DNA of 64,000 bases from positions 352,001-416,000 of the forward strand of contig CAWIAD010000001.1 in assembly GCA_963833985.1 (NCBI GenBank), given 5' to 3'. Both the position numbers and the translations under genes were made by a program. Position 1 is the first letter of the stretch. The number at the start of each line of letters is the position of its first letter. This stretch comes from an uncultured Planctomycetaceae bacterium (GTDB lineage: Bacteria > Planctomycetota > Planctomycetia > Isosphaerales > Isosphaeraceae). Under the pieces are notes generated by a model. It had not been told where the DNA came from, ran no database searches, and worked only from the letters and a program-made list of their open reading frames with translations. Below, piece after piece: positions 34,200-42,615 of the stretch.

Positions 34200-35139
34200 C
34201 TCACTGAACTCGCGGTAATTATCTTCCTCGAAATAGAAACGGAAACTCTTACGGCGCCGGATCGATGACAGCTCACCCGTCCGGGCGGCTGTTGCTGAAC
34301 GTCGGCAGGCGAGGAGCCAATGACTTTCCGCAGGCAGTGGAACGAGCCTGTGAGCTGGGATCGCAATTAGCGAAACCGAATCTACCGATCGTACCGACAG
34401 AGGCAATCAAGAGGAGCGGTATCCAAATGGGCAGCTTCGTTTTTCGACCCCTTCTGGAGTCGGTTGAGTCCCGCATAATGCTCTCGACACTGGCCCCACA
34501 GCCGCGTTACGTGCATCATGAAAAGCATCCCAATCTCGCGGTGCACGTTCACCATCCCGTCACGCCGATCGGGCGGGCGCCCGTGCTCACGCCGATGGAT
34601 ATTGTTGTGAATATCGCGGCGAACACAAACAGCCCGGTACTGGGAGGCACGATCAACCTCAGCCTGACGACGACCCCGGCGCCGAACTTCGTCATCACGG
34701 GCACGATGTGGACTTACAATGTAACGTACAGCGGCGTGACGTCGGCGTATCTGACGCCGCAGAGTCCCGGGCTCCTGAACGCGACGGTCTATCTATCTGT
34801 CCCCGGCACCTACACGGTGACGGCAGTCACGACTTACAGGGACAGCAATCCTTCAGGGCCGTCGCACGCGCCCACGAAAGTAACAACCACCTTTACGGTT
34901 CCCCCGCCCTCGGCGATCGCGAAGGACGGGGGCGTCAACACTCCGATCCCCATAGGCGCCTTGGACCAGCTCGTCGATGATATCAACACCCCCAACGGCC
35001 CGCTCGGCTCCTTCGCTCCGGGCCTGTTCCAGGAGAATCTCACCAACGTTGCGTCGTTGATTCCCAACTTCCTGTTAGCGTCGGGGTGGGGGCCCAGCGG
35101 ATACGGTCAGGCCTGGAACGTCAATCCGCCTCATCTTTA

Positions 35140-36492
35140 GGCGAGCGGCAGGTCTTAGTTTCCCTGCTGCTCGGTGATTCTCGGTTTGATAGTGATGTCA
35201 TACTTCGGCAGGGTCGCCGATCTTTCCAATCGAGCTTCGTACTGCTTCATCTCCTTGGCGGCGACTCGAACGCCATCGGGATACTCGCCGTGGAGGCGTT
35301 TCACGATCGGGTGCCGGCGCTTCCAGGTCATTCGTAGGGCGCATTGCAGGACCACCTTCAGGCAGTTCAGTAACACGCCGTTCCATTTCTTCTCCAGGGC
35401 CGACCAGCAGCGTTCAATCGGGTTGTATTTGCTGTGGTAGGGGGGATAGTACACCAACCGAATCTCCAACCCCGACCAGTCGGCAAACTGGACCATCCGT
35501 TTCAGGAACTGGGTCCGCCGACCGGAGTTCTTGGGGCCGTTGTCCAGATAGATCACCAGGCGCTTGACATGCCCGAAGCCTGACCGGACCTGCAGCCACC
35601 ACATGCGGAGCGCATCGGCCCAAGCGTCGCTGGTCTCGCGCGATCCGAACAGGAGCATCAATACCCCGGTCACCCGCATCACGATGCCGAAAGGGACCAG
35701 CTTCTCCTTGGCTGGCGGATCGTGATCCCATCCCTTGGCCACTTGACCGTCGGCGGCGGTCCTGGTTTTTCCCCCCACGAGCGTAATCGCCCAATCCCAC
35801 CTTCGCCTTGGTGTCCATGGAGATCTCCAGCGCCTCAGGATCGTCCCGAGCCTGTTGCTGCACCTCCTTCACGTTGGCGAAGATCGCGTCGGTCTCCTTG
35901 GTCTTCTTCAGCGGCCTGCCCTTCTGAATCCGCTTGAGGCGGAAGTTCATGCGGTTGAGGATGTCCCGCATGGTGCGCTCGCTGGGCAACGCGTCTCGGG
36001 GATAGCCCTTGTCAATCAAGGCTCCTCGCACCTCCGCCGCCGACAGGTTCATGTACCGTCGCGACGACTTCAGTTCCGGATCGGCGTAGGTATGGGGCTC
36101 GACGATCGCACGGATGTCCGCAGCCAGTTGCGGGTCCTTCTCTTCGCTGCGCAGCCGACCTCTCGCGACGAAATTCTCGAGACAGCGTATCCCTTGACGG
36201 GCCTCGTGCAGTCCTTTCAGGACCGTTTCTCGTCCCCAGCCGAAGCGTCGTTCAGCTTGGCGGGCGCTGCCTTCACAGAGTTCCGTGGCCACCTCGGCCA
36301 TGAACAATCGGCGCTGGTATCCGGTCAGCCGTCTGGCTCCCGAACAGATCAAGGCGTCGAGGCACTCAGTGGATCCTTCCATGACGGTTCCCCTCCCTGG
36401 TGTACAGACGGCAACAGGCCAGGCTCTAGCCTTGCATCATCTCACAGAACGGGGAAGCTCAATTCCGGGTAGATCTCGACGTGCCGGTCGCC
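35140..36492 (-). mobile_element. ISAzo13-family insertion sequence, 1353 bp, TTA target-site duplication
   Basis: Terminal IRs ggcgagcggcaggtc / ggcgaccggcacgtc (13/15); TTA at 35137-35139 and 36493-36495. Confidence 0.92.
35155..36382 (-). CDS. ISAzo13-family (Rhodopirellula-type DDE) transposase in two frames joined at GGGGGGAAAAA (about 35766-35776)
   Basis: ISMDTKAKV, RGGKTR, YLDNGPKNSGRRTQFL, YYPPYHSKYNPIERCW. Confidence 0.92.
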
Positions 36493-36696
36493 TTACGACA
36501 CGGAAGGGATTTCGAGCATGCCGTACAATGCCTGGGTGGTTATCCCCGACGGAGCCGCGTTCGTATCCTATACGCAACAGCTTCAATACACCTGGCAGAT
36601 GACGGACGACCAGGGCGGCCAGCACAGTTTCACGGTGAGCCTGCCGTCCCTGAACTGGTCCTGGATCAAGGTCGACAAGAATAACTGGGAGGTTCA

Positions 36697-37382
36697 ATGA
36701 TCTGGCGCGCGTGCCGTCTGGTCGTCCTCCTGGGCCTTCTGATCGCCATGGTGATCGGATCGGTGAAGTACCGTCGTGGGATTGTCCCCTTGCCCGATTA
36801 CGAGCCCGGCAATCTCCCGCCGTGGCCCAAGCGACCTCTTGTGGGTCCGCCTTTCCCTACGCCTTATTCGCCTCCGCTTCCGCCCGCGAAGGTCTATACG
36901 GGAATCGATACCCGTCACCTGCCGTTCATGCCCGACCTGGAGTCGACCGGCCAGTTCAAGGTCCTGATCGAGCTCGAGGACCCAGGCGATCCGAAAAGTA
37001 TCGCGCTGGCCAAGGAGGTTCAGCGCGCGCTGGAGCGAGCACGGCCGGAGAACCCGAGCCGGATGGAATCTTTCCCAACCTGGAAAACCAACGATCCCTT
37101 GCATCCCGAGCTGATTCCGCTGGGGTGGTATCTCTCCATCAAACGAGTCAAGCGGCTGTCGGAAGGCAACTGGCGGGCCGTCGTTTTCGCGAATCCGATC
37201 TGCACGACGAAGGAGCGCAACCGCGTCCGAACCTTGAACCACCATATCGAGTATTACCGATACGTCGACGGCGTGCTGGAATTTGTCGGCGATGAGATTG
37301 ATCCTTACTTCGGTCAAGGGATCTTCCCGATTGTGCGCCCTGAAAAGGACCATGACCCAAGCCTCCGTCTCTGCCTGCATTT
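36697..37382 (+). CDS. Hypothetical membrane-anchored protein, coupled (ATGA) to the IS-split gene; no own stop, reads through into the next gene
   Basis: N-terminal TM helix, Pro-rich linker, then a protein-like domain up to about GIFPIV; the frame stays open to 39309. Confidence 0.55.
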
Positions 37383-37474
37383 TCGGCCTGCAAGGATACG
37401 GACTTGCGGGCGACCGCCGAGAGAACCTCGCCCGGTCGATGGACGGATGGAAGAAGCTCTGGACCGGTCGATGA
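37383..37474 (+). repeat. 92-bp direct repeat, copy 2 (orphan 3' end of the isomerase gene)
   Basis: Encodes GLQGYGLAGDRRENLARSMDGWKKLWTGR* versus GLQGYGLTGDRRENLARSMDGWKKLSAGD* in copy 1. Confidence 0.95.
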
Positions 37475-37518
37475 GTTCCGGAGACCTCGGTCCGTTTCGC
37501 GCGGGATGGGAGAGTGGC

Positions 37519-39309
37519 ATGCACCGATTGCTTGCGAACGTGGTGAACAGCACTCTGTGCACGGCGTGGTGGCTGGCCCTTGCTTTGGCGTGCCCGCCTC
37601 TCTCGGCCCGTGCGGATAACTTCGTGGTGGACGCTCAGGCGCCCGGGGCGGCCGATACGAACCCGGGCACCACGGAGCGGCCGTTCCGGACGATTCAGCG
37701 GGCGGTCGATCGTGCCAGGCCAGGCGATACGGTCTTCGTCATGGCGGGCAACTACGACGAACGCGTGCAGATCCGGCAAGGCGGGGCGGAGGGTCAGCCG
37801 ATCACGCTCACGGCCAGGCCCTGGCGGTCGGCCGTGGTCCGCGGCTTTGACGTGCACGCCAGCTTCGTCCGGATCGAGGGGTTCGAGATCACCGCGCTCC
37901 ATCCAGCCACGGCCGTGCAGCTTCACGGCGCGCACTGCGAGATCCTCGACAACGCCATTCACGACATGATGACGGCCGTGGCGGGAACAACCGGCGAGCC
38001 GACCCGTGGCACGAACCGCCGCGACTATTCCGCCGTGGCCCACCACCGCATCGCCTACAACAAGGTGGACCACTGCCAGTACGGCTTCATGCTCGGCGGC
38101 AACGACTGGCTCGTGGAAAACAACGAGGTGAACCGGCTCTTCATGTACACGCCGGGAAACCGCTACGACGACTGCGACTACACACGGTTCTTCGGCAAAG
38201 GCTGCGTGCAAAGATACAACTATTATCATGGTAGCATCGCGTCCGAGATCCGCACCGCGCACGTCGATTGCCTTCAGACCTTCACGGTCAACGGCGAGAG
38301 CGCGGAGGACCTCGTGTTCGACGACAACGTCTGCTTCGACTTCCACCAGATGTGCATGGTGGAGAGCACCTCGCACATCGGCAGCGTGCGGAACTGGACG
38401 TTCCGGAGGAACATCATCTCCACCAACTCAAAGGCGATGAGCGGGGGCTGGGGCCCGGACATCATCCAGACGCAGGACGTGACGATCGATCACAACACCA
38501 TCTCCAATGTGCGCTGGGCAACCATTGGCCTGCGCGGCAAGGAATCCACCGGCGGCCGGATCCGCAACAACATCCTCTGCCACGCCGAACGCGCGGTGAT
38601 CGCCGGCGACGGCGACTTCACCGCCTCCGCTCCACTCATCGAGTTCAACCTGACGTTCGACACCTCGCCCGCCCCCGGCGCGACGAACCTCAACGGCAAG
38701 GACCCGCTCTTCGTCGCCCCCTCCCAGCGGAACTTCCGGCTGCGGCAGGGAAGCCCGGCCATCGCCGCCGGGCCGGACGGCACCACGCTGGGCGCCCTGC
38801 CGTACCCCAACGTCTATTACGTGGATCCGCGCCATCCGGCCGCTGCCGACGAGCCGGGATGGGGTTATCCGGCGGTGCCGCTGAAGACACTCGCCCGCGC
38901 CTGCGACCTCGCGAGAACCGGGGAGACCATCGTCCTCCGAGGCGGCGTCTATCGCGAGACCTTGCGGCCTGCCTGCGACGGCGTGACGATCCGGGCGATG
39001 CCCGGCGAGACCGTCACCATCAGCGGCGCGGATCTCATCGAGGGCTGGAGGCGCGAGGCTGATGGTGGCTGGTCGGCCGAGCTGCCATCCCTCCCTGCGC
39101 ACGTTCTCCGCGACGGTCAGCCGTGGAGCAAGTTCGCGTACGATGGGGCGGCGAAGCGAATGATCGTGAATAGCGGCGACCCCAGGCTGCACGTGTACGA
39201 GGCGGTCGTGAGACGCCAGGCAGTCGACAAGGGCACACGCCAGGATGTGAAAATCGAGGGGATCGCCGTCGCGAACACCACGTCGGCCCCGGAGGGCACG
39301 GTTCCCTGA
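37519..39309 (+). CDS. Exported right-handed parallel beta-helix (pectate lyase-like, DUF1565) protein
   Basis: GGAGAG RBS, signal peptide, NPGTTERPFRTIQRAV...PGDTVFV..GNYDE, Asn-rich repeats, NFRLRQGSPAI, second PLKTLARA...LRGGVYRE module. Confidence 0.8.
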   Translation: MHRLLANVVNSTLCTAWWLALALACPPLSARADNFVVDAQAPGAADTNPGTTERPFRTIQRAVDRARPGDTVFVMAGNYDERVQIRQGGAEGQPITLTARPWRSAVVRGFDVHASFVRIEGFEITALHPATAVQLHGAHCEILDNAIHDMMTAVAGTTGEPTRGTNRRDYSAVAHHRIAYNKVDHCQYGFMLGGNDWLVENNEVNRLFMYTPGNRYDDCDYTRFFGKGCVQRYNYYHGSIASEIRTAHVDCLQTFTVNGESAEDLVFDDNVCFDFHQMCMVESTSHIGSVRNWTFRRNIISTNSKAMSGGWGPDIIQTQDVTIDHNTISNVRWATIGLRGKESTGGRIRNNILCHAERAVIAGDGDFTASAPLIEFNLTFDTSPAPGATNLNGKDPLFVAPSQRNFRLRQGSPAIAAGPDGTTLGALPYPNVYYVDPRHPAAADEPGWGYPAVPLKTLARACDLARTGETIVLRGGVYRETLRPACDGVTIRAMPGETVTISGADLIEGWRREADGGWSAELPSLPAHVLRDGQPWSKFAYDGAAKRMIVNSGDPRLHVYEAVVRRQAVDKGTRQDVKIEGIAVANTTSAPEGTVP

Positions 39310-39441
39310 GCGCACAGCAAGGGGCAGATTGGAGCATTCTCCCATCGCTGCCGCAATAATCGCTCCCTCGCCGCGAACTTGTTTTCAGTTGCCTTCGGTC
39401 CGTCACGTCCCTCCTTGAATCCCTTGCTCCGAGGCAGCGGT

Positions 39442-41508
39442 ATGCCTGCACCTTACCGACGTATCCGTCGCTGGGTTCTGTATCCGGCGGCTGGAATCGC
39501 TTTGTTGTTCGTGGCAAGCCGGCTCGCGGATCGCCGGCCGCCGGAGATCCGGGAATACGCGGACGTACGCACGGAGTGGGAGCAGTCAGGTCATGAACGG
39601 ACCGCGCCCGAGAAAGCGCGTCTGGCGGCACGTAGCCTCGAAGTTGGCCGCAAGTATCCCGGGACCGCCGCCGGGATATCGGCCCAGCTCCTGGCGGCAA
39701 CCCTGGCCCCGGAGACGAGTGCCGGGCGAGACGCCAGGAACGAATTCGCCGGACAGCTGGAGACCGCGGATATCGGCAGCCTGGCGCAGGCCCTCGACTG
39801 GGGCCTGGGTCGATGGCAAGCGATCGAGGACCTCGTCCCGAAGCTCCTGGCTCGGGCGCGCCGATCTCCGGGCGACCCCCGAACGGCCCGGTTGCTGGTT
39901 GCCGTCTGCGACGCGACTCGGCCCCGAGACGAGCGCGATCCACCACCAGCGTACGTCGAGGCAGCGGACCTGATCGCGGACCAGTACGCCGATAGCCCGG
40001 AGATCTCCCATCTTTGCGAGGGCCTGGGAGCCTCGCCCAACGGCAGCCCTCCCTGGGCCTCTCGGTTCGAGCGGCACCTCCGCGCCATTCTCAGAGTGAA
40101 CAAGGATCGTGCGGTTCGGTGCACGGCCCTCTTCGCTCTGGCGTCCACATTGCAATCCGCCCTGGACGACCGGCAAACGGAAGCCAGAGCGCTCTATGAG
40201 CAGTTCTGCAATGACTTCGACGGCACGTTCGCGTATCCCTTTCAGCCCATCGAGCAGACGCTCAACTCGCTGGCGCACGACCAGCTCAAGGAGCTGCGCT
40301 TTCGCGCCGTCGGCAAGCCTGCTTCGGAGATCGTCAGCGTCGACCTGGACGGCCGCGCCATCACGCTCAGCCAGTACCAGGGGCGCGTGGTCTTGCTGAG
40401 TTTCTGGGGGAGCTGGTGCTTCCCCTGCATGAAACTCATACCTCGCGAGCGGGAACTGGCGGCCCGGCTGCGGAACGAGCCCTTTGCCATCGTCGGGGTC
40501 AACTGCGATCCCGACCTCGAGAAAGCCCGCCTCGCCGTCGCGAGCAGCCAGATGACCTGGTCCTCGTTTCGGAATCAAGGCACGAGCGGTCCGGCGATCA
40601 CGGAGCACTGGAAGATTCTGGGGTATCCCACTCTCTACCTGATCGATCACCACGGCATCATTCGCCGCCGCTGGATTGGTTCTCCGCCCGCCGAGGAGCT
40701 CGACTCGCTCACGGAAGTGCTCGTCGACTCGGCGCGCCGCCAGCTCTCCGTCGAGCAGACCGCAGAGGTCGTCGCGAAGTTGCGTCCGCCGACACCGACT
40801 CAGCCCTCCGCGCCGCGGGTCGAGCACGGCGCGGCTCGCTCGGGGGCCAAGTTCCTCGAGAAGACCCATCGCGATCCCGATGGAATCGAATCGAAGTATG
40901 CCCTCTTCGTTCCGGGCATCGCCCCCGGAGTGAAGGCGCTTCCCGCGATTCTCTACCTGCACGGAGCCGGCGGTCGCGGGTCTGACGGTCGCAGCCTGCT
41001 GGCCAACGGCCTCGCCCGGGCCATCGAGCAGAGAGGCGCGGACTTTCCTTTTGTCGCCATCTTTCCGCAGGCCCGCGCGGACGAGTGCTGGAGGGCCGGC
41101 ACGCCAGGCGGCAACCGCGCCCTGGCAATCCTCGATCAGGTGCGATCCGAGTACCCGATCGACAGCAACCGCATCGCACTCACGGGTCATTCCATGGGGG
41201 GTGAAGGGACCTGGAGCCTGGGAGCCAGCGAACCCCAGCGCTGGGCTGCGATCGTGCCGATTGCGCATGGCGCCAATTCTGGCCTGGCAAGAAGTCTGAA
41301 AGATCTGCCCTGCTGGTGCTTTCACGGTGACGCCGATGAGGTCATTCCAGTGGAGCAGTCCCGCGAGATGATCCGGGCCATTCAGGCCGCGGGAGGTCGG
41401 CCGCTCTACCAGGAGCTGCCTGGCCGCGACCACAACGGCTGCCCGGACCGCGTCTATACCCTGCCCGAGCTCTGGGAATGGCTGCTGCTCCAGGATCGAT
41501 CGAAGTGA
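39442..41508 (+). CDS. Fusion protein: TlpA-like thioredoxin plus alpha/beta-hydrolase (esterase/peptidase)
   Basis: FWGSWCFPC, GYPTLYLID; LYLHGAG, TGHSMGG, FHGDADEVIP, GRDH. Confidence 0.82.
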   Translation: MPAPYRRIRRWVLYPAAGIALLFVASRLADRRPPEIREYADVRTEWEQSGHERTAPEKARLAARSLEVGRKYPGTAAGISAQLLAATLAPETSAGRDARNEFAGQLETADIGSLAQALDWGLGRWQAIEDLVPKLLARARRSPGDPRTARLLVAVCDATRPRDERDPPPAYVEAADLIADQYADSPEISHLCEGLGASPNGSPPWASRFERHLRAILRVNKDRAVRCTALFALASTLQSALDDRQTEARALYEQFCNDFDGTFAYPFQPIEQTLNSLAHDQLKELRFRAVGKPASEIVSVDLDGRAITLSQYQGRVVLLSFWGSWCFPCMKLIPRERELAARLRNEPFAIVGVNCDPDLEKARLAVASSQMTWSSFRNQGTSGPAITEHWKILGYPTLYLIDHHGIIRRRWIGSPPAEELDSLTEVLVDSARRQLSVEQTAEVVAKLRPPTPTQPSAPRVEHGAARSGAKFLEKTHRDPDGIESKYALFVPGIAPGVKALPAILYLHGAGGRGSDGRSLLANGLARAIEQRGADFPFVAIFPQARADECWRAGTPGGNRALAILDQVRSEYPIDSNRIALTGHSMGGEGTWSLGASEPQRWAAIVPIAHGANSGLARSLKDLPCWCFHGDADEVIPVEQSREMIRAIQAAGGRPLYQELPGRDHNGCPDRVYTLPELWEWLLLQDRSK

Positions 41509-41537
41509 TGCAACGGGCGATGCCGGATCGGACAGGT

Positions 41538-42548
41538 TCAATCCGCGCGGTCCAGAACAACGCGGTAGCGCGCCTTGCCGTGCGCAGATGGTCGAACGCC
41601 TTGTTCACGTCTTTCATCGGGAAATGCTGCGTCACCGGCCGGATCTGGTGTCGGGCCGTGAACTCCAGCATGTCGCGGAGCACGGCCGGGCTGCCCATCG
41701 GCGATCCCGAGATGCTGCGCTGTCCGCCGATGAGCGCGAACGCGGCGCGGGGATCGGCTCCGGGACCGATCCCACGGTGTGCAAGCGCCGCGCGGCGCCA
41801 GCGCATTCAGGTAAGCGGGCCAGTCAAGATTGGCGTTGGCCGTGTTCAAGATCAGGTCAAAATGCCCCGCCCGCTTCGCCATCGCGGCGGAGTCTCGCGA
41901 GTTGACCACGTGATGGGCACCCATCTGCTTCGCCTCGGCCTCCTTGCCGGGAGACGAGGAAAACGCGGTCACCTCGCAGCCCCACTTGTTCATGAACTGC
42001 AAGGCCATGTGGCCCAGGCCGCCGATGCCGATCACGCCCACCCGCTGGGTCGGCCGCACATCGAACTGGACAAGGGGGTTGAAGACCGTGATTCCCCCGC
42101 AGAAGAGTGGGCCGGCGTCCCTGGCGTCGAGCGCATCCGGCAGCGCGATTGCCCAGGCCGAGTGGCAGCGAACAAGGTCCGCGAAACCACCATGCCGGCC
42201 GACGATGGTCGGTTCCGCTGTCGAACATAAGTTATGATCACCATGCATGCAATTTTGGCAGTGCATGCAACTGCCGCTGTACCAGCCCAGACCCACGCGC
42301 TGGCCGGCCTTCAGGTTCTTCACCTGGCTCCCCGCGGTGAGGACCGTGCCCACGACCTCGTGCCCCGGTACAACCGGGAAACGGCTGATCCCCCATTCGT
42401 CGTCAATCAAGGCCAGGTCGGAATGGCAAATACCGCAGGATTCGACGCTGATATCGATTTGATCGGGACCGATCTCGCCGAGCGAGTACTCGAAGGGCGA
42501 AAGCGGCCCCCCCTTTTCCCGGACGGCGTGGGCGTGGACCGTGGTCAT
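41538..42548 (-). CDS. Zn-dependent NAD(P) alcohol/aldehyde dehydrogenase (Ahr/CAD-like) with compensating internal frameshifts at about 41580-41790
   Basis: CGICHSD, GHEVVG, CxxCxxC, PLFCGGITVF, GIGGLGH; the expected segment RSISGSPMGSP...FPMKDVNKAF lies in another frame. Confidence 0.88.
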   Translation of the reverse strand: MTTVHAHAVREKGGPLSPFEYSLGEIGPDQIDISVESCGICHSDLALIDDEWGISRFPVVPGHEVVGTVLTAGSQVKNLKAGQRVGLGWYSGSCMHCQNCMHGDHNLCSTAEPTIVGRHGGFADLVRCHSAWAIALPDALDARDAGPLFCGGITVFNPLVQFDVRPTQRVGVIGIGGLGHMALQFMNKWGCEVTAFSSSPGKEAEAKQMGAHHVVNSRDSAAMAKRAGHFDLILNTANANLDWPAYLNALAPRGACTPWDRSRSRSPRRVRAHRRTAQHLGIADGQPGRAPRHAGVHGPTPDPAGDAAFPDERREQGVRPSAHGKARYRVVLDRAD

Positions 42549-42615
42549 GGGGCGCTCCTTCTTGCGCGGACAACGGGCTGAATTGCGGATCAGTTCAGGC
42601 AGGTGGTCCTGTCAA

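Larger units (their letters stand above)
34427..36700 (+). pseudogene. Secreted planctomycete protein (about 305 aa reconstructed) interrupted by an IS
   Basis: GAGGAG RBS; FRPLLESVESRIMLS export motif; removing the IS and one TTA restores ...NPPHL-YDTEGISS-MPYNAW...WEVQ* in frame. Confidence 0.85.

Noticed and set aside
34108..37474. 92-bp repeat pair as a diversity-generating retroelement TR/VR
   Set aside because: Mismatches are not confined to adenines in either copy, and no reverse transcriptase is in the window.
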